64,000 nt of DNA, from assembly GCA_964016885.1 (NCBI GenBank), contig OZ024741.1, positions 414,470,001 through 414,534,000 on the forward strand, in the 5' to 3' direction. Below, in pieces: positions 1-15,000 of this stretch. Source of the DNA: Eledone cirrhosa. Taxonomy: Eukaryota. Positions within the stretch are counted from its first letter, which is position 1. Every line of letters starts with the position of its first letter. The notes beneath the pieces are model-generated. The model ran no database searches, was not told the origin of the DNA, and worked only from the letters and a program-made list of their open reading frames with translations. Made by a program: the position numbers and the translations under genes.

Positions 1-3000
1 CTCTGCTAACCCAATATTTCAGTACTGACCTTTAACTCCTCAACCCTGCTAACCCAATATTTCAATACTAACCTTTAACCCCTCAACCCTACTAACCCAA
101 TATTACAATACTAACCTTTAACCCCTCAACCCTGCTAACCCAATATTTCAGTACTGACCTTTAATCCCTCAACCCTGCTAACCCAATATTTCAGTACTGA
201 CCTTTAACCCTTGAACCCTGCTAACCCAATATTTCTGTACTGACCTTTAACCCCTCAACCCTGCTCACCCAATATTTCAGTACTGACCTTTAACCCCTCA
301 ACCCTGCTAACCCAATATTACAATACTAACCTTTAACCCCTCAACCCTGCTAACCCAATATTTCAGTACTGACCTTTAACCCCTCAACCCTGCTAACCCA
401 ATATTTCAGTACTGACCTTTAACCCCTCAACCCTGCTAACCCAATATTTCAGTACTGACCTTTAAGCCCTCAACCCTGCTAACCCAATATTACAATACTA
501 ACCTTTAACCCCTCAACCCTGCTAACCCAATATTTCAGTACTGACCTTTAACCCCTCAACCCTGCTAACCCAATATTACAATACTAACCTTTAACCCCTC
601 AACCCTGCTAACCCAATATTTCAGTACTGACCTTTAACCCCTCAACCCTGCTAACCCAATATTTCAGTACTAACCTTTAACCCCTCAACCCTGCTAACCC
701 AATATTTCAGTACTGACCTTTAACCCCTCAACCCTGCTAACCCAATATTACAATACTAACCTTTAACCCCTCAACCCTGCTAACCCAATATTTCAGTACT
801 GACCTTTAACCCCTCAACCCTGCTAACCCAATATTTCAGTACTGACCTTTAACCCCTCAACCCTGTTAAACCAATATTTCAGTACTGACCTTTAACCCCT
901 CAACCCTGCTAACCCAATATTTCAGTACTGACATTTAAGCCCTCAACCCTGCTAACCAAATATTACAATACTAACCTTTAACACCTCAACCCTGCTAACC
1001 CAATATTTCAGTACTGACCTTTAACCCCTCAACCCTGCTAACCCAATATTTCAGTACTGACCTTTAACCCCTCAACCCTGCTAACCCAATATTTCAGTAC
1101 TGACCTTTAACCCCTCAACCCTACTAACCCAATATTTCAGTACTAACCTTTAACCCCTCAACCCTGCTAACCCAATATTTCAGTACTGACCTTTAACCCC
1201 TCAACTCTGCTAACCCAATATTTCAGTACTGACCTTTAACCCCTCAACCCTGCTAACCCAATATTTCAGTACTGACCTTTAACCCACCAACCCTGCTAAC
1301 CCAATATTTCAGTACTGACCTTTAATCCCTCAACCCTGCTAACCCAATATTTTAGTACTGACCTTTAACCCACCAACCCTGCTAACCCAATATTTCAGTA
1401 CTGACCTTTAATCCCTCAACCCTGCTAACCCAATATTACTATACTAACTTTAACACCTCAACCCTGCTAACCCAATATTTCAGTACTGACCTTTAACCCC
1501 CAAACCCTGCTAACCCAATATTTCAGTACTGATCTTTAACCCCTCAACCCTGCTAACCCAATATTTCAGGACTGACCTTTAACCCCTCAATCCTGCTAAC
1601 CCAATATTTCAGTACTGACCTTTAACCCCTCAACCCTGCTAACCCAATATTTCAGTACTGACCTTTAATCCCTCAATCCTGCTAACCCAATATTTCAGTA
1701 TTGACCTTTAACCCCTCAACCCTTCTAACCCAATATTTCAATACTAACCTTTAACCCCTCAACCCTTCTAACCCAATATTTTAGTACTAACCTTTAACCC
1801 CTCAACCCTGCTAACCCAATATTTCAATACTAACCTTTAACCCCTCAACCCTGCTAACCCAATATTTCAATACTAACCGTTAACCCCTCAACCCTGCTAA
1901 CCCAATATTTCAATACTGACCTTTAACCCCTCAACCCTGCTAACCCAAGATTTCAGTACTGACCTTTAACCCCTCAACCCTGCTAACCCAATATTTCAAT
2001 ACTAGCCTTTAACCCCTCAACCCTACTAACCCAATATTTCAATACTAACCTTTAACCCCTCAAACCTGCTAACCCAATATTTCAATACTAACCTTTAACC
2101 CCTCAACCCTGCTAACCCAATATTTCGGTACTAACCTTTAACCCCTCAACCCTGCTAACCCAATATTTCAGTACTGAACTTTAACCCCTCAACCCTGCTA
2201 ACCCAATATTTCAGTACTGAACTTTAACCCCTCAACCCTGCTAACCCAATATTTCAGTACTAACCTTTAACCCCTCAAACCTGCTAACCAAATATTTCAA
2301 GACTGAACTTTAACCCCTCAACCCTGCTAACACAATATTTCAATACTAATCTTTAACCCCTCAACCCAGCTAACCCAATATTTCAGTACTGACCTTTAAC
2401 CCCTCAACCCAGCTAACCCAATATTTCAGTACTGACCTTTAACCCCTCAACCCTGCTAACCCAAGATTTCAGTACTGACCTTTAACCCCTCAACCCTGCT
2501 AACCCAATATTTCAGTACTAACCTTTAACCCCTCAACCCTGCTAACCCAATATTTAAGTACTGACCTTTAACCCCTCAACCCTGCTAACCCAATATTACA
2601 ATACTAACCTTTAACACCTCAACCCTGCCAACGCAATATTTCAATACTAACCTTTAACCCCTCAACCCAGCTAACCCAATATTTCAGTACTGACCTTTAA
2701 CCCCTACACCCTGCTAACCCAATATTTCAGTACTGACCTTTAACCCCTCAACCCTGCTAACCCAATATTACAATACTAACCTTTAACCCCTCAACCCTGC
2801 TAACCCAATATTACAATACTAACCTTTAACCCCTCAACCCTGCTAACCCAATATTTCAATACTAACCTTTAACTCCTCAACCCAGCTAACCCAATATTTC
2901 AATACTAACCTTTAACCCCTCAACCCTGCTAACCCAATATTTAAATACTAACCTTTAACTCCTCAACCCAGCTAACCCAATATTACAATACTAACCTTTA

Positions 3001-6000
3001 ACCCCTCAACCCTGCTAACCCAATATTTCAGTACTAACCTTTAACTCCTCAACTCTGCTAACCCAATATTTCAGTACTAACCTTTAACCCCTCAACCCTG
3101 CTAACCCAATATTTCAGTACTGACCTTTAACCCCTCAACGCTGCTAACCCAATATTTCAATACTAACCTTTAACCCCTCAACCCTGCTAACCCAATATTT
3201 AAATACTAACCTTTAACTCCTCAACCCAGCTAACCCAATATTACAATACTAACCTTTAACCCCTCAACCCTGCTAACCCAATATTTCAGTACTAACCTTT
3301 AACTCCTCAACTCTGCTAACCCAATATTTCAGTACTAACCTTTAACCCCTCAACCCTGCTAACCCAATATTTCAGTACTGACCTTTAACCCCTCAACCCT
3401 GCTAACCCAATATTTCAATACTAACCTTTAACCCCTCAACCCTGCTAACCCAATATTTCAGTACTGACCTTTAACCCCTCAACCCTGCTAACCCAATATT
3501 TCAATACTAACCTTTAACCCCTCAACCCTGCTAACCCAATATTTAAGTACTGACCTTTAACCCCTCAACCCTGCTAACCCAATATTTCAATACTAACCTT
3601 TACCTCCTCAACCCAGCTAACCCAATATTTCAATACTAACCTTTAACCCCTCAACCCTGCTAACCCAATATTACAATAATAACCTTTAACCCCTCAACCC
3701 TGCTAACCCAATATTTCAGTACTGACCTTTAACCCCTCAACCCTGCTAACCCAATATTTCAGTACTGACCTTTAACCCCTCAACCCTGCTAACCCAATAT
3801 TTCAGTACTGACCTTTAACCCCTCAACCCTGCTAACCCAATATTTCAGTACTAACCTTTAACCCCTCAACCCTGCTAACCCAATATTTCAGTACTGACCT
3901 TTAACCCCTCAACCCTGCTAACCCAATATTTCAGTACTAACCTTTAACCCCTCAACCCTGCTAACCCAATATTTCAGTACTAACCTTTAACCCCTCAACC
4001 CTGCTAACCCAATATTTCAATACTAACCTTTAACCCCTCAACCCTGCTAACCCAATATTTCAGTAGTGACCTTTAACCCCTCAACCCTGCTAACCCAATA
4101 TTACAATACTAACCTTTAACCCTTCAACCCTGCTAACCCAATATTTCAATACTAACCTTTAACCCCTCAACCCTGCTAACCCAATATTTCAGTACTGACC
4201 TTTAACCCCTCAACCCTGCTAACCCAATATTACAATACTAACCTTTAACCCTTCAACCCTGCTAACCCAATATTTCAATACTAACCTTTAACCCCTCAAC
4301 CCTGCTAACCCAATATTTCAGTACTGACCTTTAACCCCTCAACCCTGCTAACCCAATATTACAATACTAACCTTTAACCCCTCAACCCTGCTAACCCAAT
4401 ATTTCAGTACTGTCCTTTAACCCCTCAACCCTGCTAACCCAATATTTCAGTACTGACCTTTAACCCCTCAACCCTGCTAACCCAATATTTCAATACTAAC
4501 CTTTAACCCCTCAACCCTGCTAACCCAATATTTCAGTACTGACCTTTAACCCCTCAACCCTGCTAACCCAATATTTCAATACTAACCTTTAACCCCTCAA
4601 CCCTGCTAACTCAATATTTCAGTACTGACCTTTAACCCCTCAACCCTGCTAACCCAATATTTCAGTACTGACCTTTAACCACTCAACCCTGCTAACCCAA
4701 TATTTCAGTACTGACCTTTAACCCCTCAACCCTGCTAACCCAATATTTCAATACTAACCTTTAACCCCTCAACTCTGCTAACCCAATATTTCAGTACTGA
4801 CCTTTAACCCCTCAACCCTGCTAACCCAATATTTCAGTACTGACCTTTAACCCCTCAACCCTGCTAACCCAATATTTCAATACTAACCTTTAACCCCTCA
4901 ACTCTGCTAACCCAATATTTCAGTACTGACCTTTAACTCCTCAACCCTGCTAACCCAATATTTCAATACTAACCTTTAACCCCTCAACCCTGCTAACCCA
5001 ATATTACAATACTAACCTTTAACCCCTCAACCCTGCTAACCCAATATTTCAGTACTGACCTTTAATCCCTCAACCCTGCTAACCCAATATTTCAGTACTG
5101 ACCTTTAACCCTTGAACCCTGCTAACCCAATATTTCTGTACTGACCTTTAACCCCTCAACCCTGCTCACCCAATATTTCAGTACTGACCTTTAACCCCTC
5201 AACCCTGCTAACCCAATATTACAATACTAACCTTTAACCCCTCAACCCTGCTAACCCAATATTTCAGTACTGACCTTTAACCCCTCAACCCTGCTAACCC
5301 AATATTTCAGTACTGACCTTTAACCCCTCAACCCTGCTAACCCAATATTTCAGTACTGACCTTTAAGCCCTCAACCCTGCTAACCCAATATTACAATACT
5401 AACCTTTAACCCCTCAACCCTGCTAACCCAATATTTCAGTACTGACCTTTAACCCCTCAACTCGGCTAACCCAATATTACAATACTAACCTTTAACCCCT
5501 CAACCCTGCTAACCCAATATTTCAGTACTGACCTTTAACCCCTCAACCCTGCTAACCCAATATTTCAGTACTAACCTTTAACCCCTCAACCCTGCTAACC
5601 CAATATTTCAGTACTGACCTTTAACCCCTCAACCCTGCTAACCCAATATTACAATACTAACCTTTAACCCCTCAACCCTGCTAACCCAATATTTCAGTAC
5701 TGACCTTTAACCCCTCAACCCTGCTAACCCAATATTTCAGTACTGACCTTTAACCCCTCAACCCTGCTAAACCAATATTTCAGTACTGACCTTTAACCCC
5801 TCAACCCTGCTAACCCAATATTTCAGTACTGACCTTTAAGCCCTCAACCCTGCTAACCCAATATTTCAGTACTGACCTTTAACCCCTCAACCCTGCTAAA
5901 CCAATATTTCAGTACTGACCTTTAACCCCTCAACCCTGCTAACCCAATATTTCAGTACTGACCTTTAACCCCTCAACCCTGCTAAACCAATATTTCAGTA

Positions 6001-9000
6001 CTGACCTTTAACCCCTCAACACTGCTAACCCAATATTTCAGTACTGACCTTTAACCCCTCAACCCTGCTAACCCAATATTTCAGTACTGACCTTTAACCC
6101 CTCAACCCTGCTAACCCAATATTTCAGTACTGACCTTTAACCCCTCAACCCTGCTAACCCAATATTTCAGTACTGACCTTTAACCCCTCAACCCTGCTAA
6201 CCCAATATTTCAGTACTGACCTTTAACCCCTCAACCCTGCTAACCCAATATTTCAGTACTGACCTTTAACCCCTCAACTCTGCTAACCCAATATTTCAGT
6301 ACTGACCTTTAACCCCTCAACCCTGCTAACCCAATATTTCAGTACTGACCTTTAACCCACCAACCCTGCTAACCCAATATTTCAGTACTGACCTTTAATC
6401 CCTCAACCCTGCTAACCCAATATTTTAGTACTGACCTTTAACCCACCAACCCTGCTAACCCAATATTTCAGTACTGACCTTTAATCCCTCAACCCTGCTA
6501 ACCCAATATTACTATACTAACTTTAACACCTCAACCCTGCTAACCCAATATTTCAGTACTGACCTTTAACCCCCAAACCCTGCTAACCCAATATTTCAGT
6601 ACTGATCTTTAACCCCTCAACCCTGCTAACCCAATATTTCAGGACTGACCTTTAACCCCTCAATCCTGCTAACCCAATATTTCAGTACTGACCTTTAACC
6701 CCTCAACCCTGCTAACCCAATATTTCAGTACTGACCTTTAATCCCTCAATCCTGCTAACCCAATATTTCAGTATTGACCTTTAACCCCTCAACCCTTCTA
6801 ACCCAATATTTCAATACTAACCTTTAACCCCTCAACCCTTCTAACCCAATATTTTAGTACTAACCTTTAACCCCTCAACCCTGCTAACCCAATATTTCAA
6901 TACTAACCTTTAACCCCTCAACCCTGCTAACCCAATATTTCAATACTAACCGTTAACCCCTCAACCCTGCTAACCCAATATTTCAATACTGACCTTTAAC
7001 CCCTCAACCCTGCTAACCCAAGATTTCAGTACTGACCTTTAACCCCTCAACCCTGCTAACCCAATATTTCAATACTAGCCTTTAACCCCTCAACCCTACT
7101 AACCCAATATTTCAATACTAACCTTTAACCCCTCAAACCTGCTAACCCAATATTTCAATACTAACCTTTAACCCCTCAACCCTGCTAACCCAATATTTCG
7201 GTACTAACCTTTAACCCCTCAACCCTGCTAACCCAATATTTCAGTACTGAACTTTAACCCCTCAACCCTGCTAACCCAATATTTCAGTACTGAACTTTAA
7301 CCCCTCAACCCTGCTAACCCAATATTTCAGTACTAACCTTTAACCCCTCAAACCTGCTAACCAAATATTTCAAGACTGAACTTTAACCCCTCAACCCTGC
7401 TAACACAATATTTCAATACTAATCTTTAACCCCTCAACCCAGCTAACCCAATATTTCAGTACTGACCTTTAACCCCTCAACCCAGCTAACCCAATATTTC
7501 AGTACTGACCTTTAACCCCTCAACCCTGCTAACCCAAGATTTCAGTACTGACCTTTAACCCCTCAACCCTGCTAACCCAATATTTCAGTACTAACCTTTA
7601 ACCCCTCAACCCTGCTAACCCAATATTTAAGTACTGACCTTTAACCCCTCAACCCTGCTAACCCAATATTACAATACTAACCTTTAACACCTCAACCCTG
7701 CCAACGCAATATTTCAATACTAACCTTTAACCCCTCAACCCAGCTAACCCAATATTTCAGTACTGACCTTTAACCCCTACACCCTGCTAACCCAATATTT
7801 CAGTACTGACCTTTAACCCCTCAACCCTGCTAACCCAATATTACAATACTAACCTTTAACCCCTCAACCCTGCTAACCCAATATTACAATACTAACCTTT
7901 AACCCCTCAACCCTGCTAACCCAATATTTCAATACTAACCTTTAACTCCTCAACCCAGCTAACCCAATATTTCAATACTAACCTTTAACCCCTCAACCCT
8001 GCTAACCCAATATTTAAATACTAACCTTTAACTCCTCAACCCAGCTAACCCAATATTACAATACTAACCTTTAACCCCTCAACCCTGCTAACCCAATATT
8101 TCAATACTAACCTTTAACTCCTCAACTCTGCTAACCCAATATTTCAGTACTAACCTTTAACCCCTCAACCCTGCTAACCCAATATTTCAGTACTGACCTT
8201 TAACCCCTCAACGCTGCTAACCCAATATTTCAATACTAACCTTTAACTCCTCAACCCTGCTAACCCAATATTTCAGTACTGACCTTTAACCCCTCAACCC
8301 TGCTAACCCAATATTTTAGTACTAAACTTTAACTCCTCAACCCTGCTAACCCAATATTACAGTACTGACCTTTAACCCCTCAACCCTGCTAACCCAATAT
8401 TTCAGTACTAACCTTTAACCCCTCAACCCTGCTAACCCAAGATTTCAGTACTGACCTTTAACCCCTCAACCCTGCTAACCCAATATTTCAGTACTAACCT
8501 TTAACTCCTCAACCCTGCTAACCCAATATTTAAGTACTGACCTTTAACCCCTCAACCCTGCTAACCCAATATTTCAATACTAACCTTTACCTCCTCAACC
8601 CAGCTAACCCAATATTTCAATACTAACCTTTAACCCCTCAACCCTGCTAACCCAATATTTCAATACTAACCTTTAACCCCTCAACCCTGCTAACCCAATA
8701 TTACAATACTTACCTTTAACCCCTCAACCCTGCTAACCCAATATTTCAGTACTGACCTTTAACCCCTCAACCCTGCTAACCCAATATTTCAGTACTGACC
8801 TTTAACCCCTCAACCCTGCTAACCCAATATTTCAGTACTAACCTTTAACCCCTCAACCCTGCTAACCCAATATTTCAGTACTGACCTTTAACCCCTCAAC
8901 CCTGCTAACCCAATATTTCAGTACTAACCTTTAACCCCTCAACCCTGCTAACCCAATATTTCAGTACTAACCTTTAACCCCTCAACCCTGCTAACCCAAT

Positions 9001-12000
9001 ATTTCAATACTAACCTTTAACCCCTCAACCCTGCTAACCCAATATTTCAGTACTGACCTTTAACCCCTCAACCCTGCTAACCCAATATTACAATACTAAC
9101 CTTTAACCCTTCAACCCTGCTAACCCAATATTTCAATACTAACCTTTAACCCCTCAACCCTGCTAACCCAATATTTCAGTACTGACCTTTAACCCCTCAA
9201 CCCTGCTAACCCAATATTACAATACTAACCTTTAACCCTTCAACCCTGCTAACCCAATATTTCAATACTAACCTTTAACCCCTCAACCCTGCTAACCCAA
9301 TATTTCAGTACTGACCTTTAACCCCTCAACCCTGCTAACCCAATATTACAATACTAACCTTTAACCCCTCAACCCTGCTAACCCAATATTTCAGTACTGT
9401 CCTTTAACCCCTCAACCCTGCTAACCCAATATTTCAGTACTGACCTTTAACCCCTCAACCCTGCTAACCCAATATTTCAATACTAACCTTTAACCCCTCA
9501 ACCCTGCTAACCCAATATTTCAGTACTGACCTTTAACCCCTCAACCCTGCTAACCCAATATTTCAATACTAACCTTTAACCCCTCAACCCTGCTAACTCA
9601 ATATTTCAGTACTGACCTTTAACCCCTCAACCCTGCTAACCCAATATTTCAGTACTGACCTTTAACCACTCAACCCTGCTAACCCAATATTTCAGTACTG
9701 ACCTTTAACCCCTCAACCCTGCTAACCCAATATTTCAATACTAACCTTTAACCCCTCAACTCTGCTAACCCAATATTTCAGTACTGACCTTTAACCCCTC
9801 AACCCTGCTAACCCAATATTTCAGTACTGACCTTTAACCCCTCAACCCTGCTAACCCAATATTTCAATACTAACCTTTAACCCCTCAACTCTGCTAACCC
9901 AATATTTCAGTACTGACCTTTAACTCCTCAACCCTGCTAACCCAATATTTCAATACTAACCTTTAACCCCTCAACCCTGCTAACCCAATATTACAATACT
10001 AACCTTTAACCCCTCAACCCTGCTAACCCAATATTTCAGTACTGACCTTTAATCCCTCAACCCTGCTAACCCAATATTTCAGTACTGACCTTTAACCCTT
10101 GAACCCTGCTAACCCAATATTTCTGTACTGACCTTTAACCCCTCAACCCTGCTCACCCAATATTTCAGTACTGACCTTTAACCCCTCAACCCTGCTAACC
10201 CAATATTACAATACTAACCTTTAACCCCTCAACCCTGCTAACCCAATATTTCAGTACTGACCTTTAACCCCTCAACCCTGCTAACCCAATATTTCAGTAC
10301 TGACCTTTAACCCCTCAACCCTGCTAACCCAATATTTCAGTACTGACCTTTAAGCCCTCAACCCTGCTAACCCAATATTACAATACTAACCTTTAACCCC
10401 TCAACCCTGCTAACCCAATATTTCAGTACTGACCTTTAACCCCTCAACCCTGCTAACCCAATATTTCAGTACTAACCTTTAACCCCTCAACCCTGCTAAC
10501 CCAATATTTCAGTACTGACCTTTAACCCCTCAACCCTGCTAACCCAATATTACAATACTAACCTTTAACCCCTCAACCCTGCTAACCCAATATTTCAGTA
10601 CTGACCTTTAACCCCTCAACCCTGCTAACCCAATATTTCAGTACTGACCTTTAACCCCTCAACCCTGCTAAACCAATATTTCAGTACTGACCTTTAACCC
10701 CTCAACCCTGCTAACCCAATATTTCAGTAATGACCTTTAAGCCCTCAACCCTGCTAACCCAATATTTCAGTACTGACCTTTAACCCCTCAACCCTGCTAA
10801 ACCAATATTTCAGTACTGACCTTTAACCCCTCAACCCTGCTAACCCAATATTTCAGTACTGACCTTTAACCCCTCAACCCTGCTAAACCAATATTTCAGT
10901 ACTGACCTTTAACCCCTCAACCCTGCTAACCCAATATTTCAGTACTGACCTTTAACCCCTCAACCCTGCTAACCCAATATTTCAGTACTGACCTTTAACC
11001 CCTCAACCCTGCTAACCCAATATTTCAGTACTGACCTTTAACCCCTCAACCCTGCTAACCCAATATTTCAGTACTGACCTTTAACCCCTCAACCCTGCTA
11101 ACCCAATATTTCAGTACTGACCTTTAACCCCTCAACCCTGCTAACCCAATATTACAATACTAACCTTTAACCCCTCAACCCTGCTAACCCAATATTTCAG
11201 TACTGACCTTTAACCCCTCAACCCTGCTAAACCAATATTTCAGTACTGACCTTTAACCCCTCAACCCTGCTAACCCAATATTTCAGTACTGACCTTTAAC
11301 CCCTCAACCCTGCTAACCCAATATTTCAGTACTGACCTTTAAGCCCTCAACCCTGCTAACCCAATATTACAATACTAACCTTTAACCCCTCAACCCTGCT
11401 AACCCAATATTTCAGTACTGACCTTTAACCCCTCAACCCTGCTAACCCAATATTTCAGTACTGACCTTTAACCCCTCAACCCTGCTAACCCAATATTTCA
11501 ATACTAACCTTTAACCCCTCAACCCTGCTAACCCAATATTTCAGTACTGACCTTTAACCCCTCAACCCTACTAACCCAATATTTCAGTACTGACCTTTAA
11601 CCCCTCAACCCTGCTAACCCAATATTTCAGTACTGACCTTTAACCCCTCAACCCTGCTAACCCAATATTTCAGTACTGACCTTTAACCCCTCAACCCTGC
11701 TAACCCAATATTTCAGTACTGACCTTTAACCCCTCAACCCTGCTAACCCAATATTTCAGTACTGACCTTTAACCCACCAACCCTGCTAACCCAATATTTC
11801 AGTACTGACCTTTAACCCCTCAACCCTACTAACCCAATATTTCAGTACTGACCTTTAACCCCTCAACCCTACTAACCCAATATTTCAGTACTGACCTTTA
11901 ACCCCTCAACCCTACTAACCCAATATTTCAGTACTGACCTTTAACCCACCAACCCTGCTAACCCAATATTTCAGTACTGACCTTTAACCCCTCAACCCTG

Positions 12001-15000
12001 CTAACCCAATATTTTAGTACTGACCTTTAACCCACCAACCCTGCTAACCCAATATTTCAGTACTGACCTTTAACCCTCAACCCTACTAACCCAATATTTC
12101 AGTACTGACCTTTAACCCCTCAACCCTGCTAACCCAATATAACAATACTAACCTTTAACACCTCAACCCTGCTAACCCAATATTTCAGTACTGACCTTTA
12201 ACCCCTCAACCCTGCTAACCCAATATTTCAGTACTGATCTTTAACCCCTCAACCCTGCTAACCCAATATTTCAGGACTGACCTTTAACCCCTCAATCCTG
12301 CTAACCCAATATTTCAGTACTGACCTTTAACCCCTCAACCCTGCTAACCCAATATTTCAGTACTGACCTTTAATCCCTCAACCCTGCTAACCCAATATTT
12401 CAGTACTGACCTTTAACCCCTCAACCCTTCTAACCCAATATTTCAATACTAACCTTTAACCCCTCAACCCTTCTAACCCAATATTTCAGTACTAACCTTT
12501 AACCCCTCAACCCTTCTAACCCAATATTTCAATACTAACCTTTAACCCCTCAACCCTTCTAACCCAATATTTCAGTACTAACCTTTAACCCCTCAACCCT
12601 TCTAACCCAATATTTCAGTACTAACCTTTAACCCCTCAACCCTTCTAACCCAATATTTCAGTACTAACCTTTAACCCCTCAACCCTTCTAACCCAATATT
12701 TCAATACTAACCTTTAACCCCTCAACCCTTCTAACCCAATATTTCAGTACTGACCTTTAACCCCTCAACCCTTCTAACCCAATATTTCAATACTAACCTT
12801 TAACCCCTCAACCCTTCTAACCCAATATTTCAATACTAACCTTTAACCCCTCAACCCTTCTAACCCAATATTTCAGTACTAACCTTTAACCCCTCAACCC
12901 TGCTAACCCAATATTTCAATACTAACCTTTAACCCCTCAACCCTGCTAACCCAATATTTCAATACTAACCTTTAACCCCTCAACCCTGCTAACCCAATAT
13001 TTCAGTACTGACCTTTAACCCCTCAACCCTGCTAACCCAATATTTCAATACTAACCTTTAACCCCTCAACCCTGCTAACCCAATATTTCAGTACTGACCT
13101 TTAACCCCTCAACCCTGCTAACCCAATATTTCAATACTAACCTTTAACCCCTCAACCCTGCTAACCCAATATTTCAGTACTGACCTTTAACCCCTCAACC
13201 CTTCTAACCCAATATTTCAATACTAACCTTTAACCCCTCAACCCTGCTAACCCAATATTTCAATACTAACCTTTAACCCCTCAACTCTGCTAACCCAATA
13301 TTTCAGTACTAACCTTTAACCCCTCAACCCTGCTAACCCAATATTTCAATACTAACCTTTAACCCCTCAACCCTGCTAACCCAATATTTCAGTACTGACC
13401 TTTAACCCCTCAACCCTGCTAACCCAATATTTCAATACTAACCTTTAACCCCTCAACCCTGCTAACCCAATATTTCAGTACTAACCTTTAACCCCTCAAC
13501 CCTGCTAACCCAATATTTCAATACTAACCTTTAACCCCTCAACCCTGCTAACCCAATATTTCAGTACTGACCTTTAACCCCTCAACCCTGCTAACCCAAT
13601 ATTTCAATACTAACCTTTAACCCATCAACCCTGCTAACCCAATATTTCAGTACTGACCTTTAATCCCTCAACCCTTCTAACCCAATATTTCAATACTGAC
13701 CTTTAACCCCTCAACCCTACTAACCCAATATTTCAGTACTGACCTTTAATCCCTCAACCCTTCTAACCCAATATTTCAATACTAACCTTTAACCCCTCAA
13801 CCCTGCTAACCCAATATTTCAGTACTGACCTTTAAGCCCTCAACCCTGCTAACCCAATATTACAATACTTACCTTTAACCCCTCAACCCTGCTAACCCAA
13901 TATTTCAGTACTGACCTTTAACCCCTCAACCCTGCTAACCCAATATTTCAGTACTGACCTTTAACCCCTCAACCCTACTAACCCAATATTTCAGTACTGA
14001 CCTTTAACCCCTCAACCCTACTAAACCAATATTTCAGTACTGACCTTTAACCCCTCAACCCTGCTAACCCAATATTTCAGTACTGACCTTTAACCCCTCA
14101 ACCCTGCTAACCCAATATTTCAGTACTGACCTTTAACCCCTCAACCCTACTAACCCAATATTTCAGTACTGACCTTTAACCCCTCAACCCTGCTAACCCA
14201 ATATTTCAGTAGTGACCTTTAACCCCCCAACCCTGCTAACCCAATATTTCAGTACTGACCTTTAACCCCTCAACCCTACTAACCCACTATTTCAGTACTG
14301 ACCTTTAACCCCTCAACCCTGCTAACCCAATATTTCAGTACTGACTTTAACCCCTCAACCCTGCTAACCCAATATTTCAGTACTGACCTTTAACCCACCA
14401 ACCCTGCTAACCCAATATTTCAGTACTGACCTTTAATCCCTCAACCCTGCTAACCCAATATTTTAGTACTGACCTTTAACCCACCAACCCTGCTAACCCA
14501 ATATTTCAGTACTGACCTTTAACCCCTCATCCCTGCTAACCCAATATTTCAGGACTGACCTTTAACCCCTCAACCCTTCTAACCCAATATTTCAATACTA
14601 ACCTTTAACCCCTCAACCATTCTAACCCAATATTTCAGTACTGACCTTTAACCCCTCAACTCTGCTAACCCAATATTTCAGTACTGACCTTTAACCCCTC
14701 AACCCTGCTAACCCAATATTTCAATACTAACCTTTAACCCCTCAACCCTGCTAACCCAATATTTCAGTACTGACCTTTAACCCCTCAACCCTGCTAACCC
14801 AATATTTCAATACTAACCTTTAACCCCTCAACCCTGCTAACCCAATATTTCAGTACTGACCTTTAATCCCTCAACCCTTCTAACCCAATATTTCAGTACT
14901 GACCTTTAACCCCTCAACCCTGCTAACCCAATATTTCAATACTAACCTTTAACCCCTCAACCCTGCTAACCCAATATTTCAGTACTGACCTTTAACCCCT

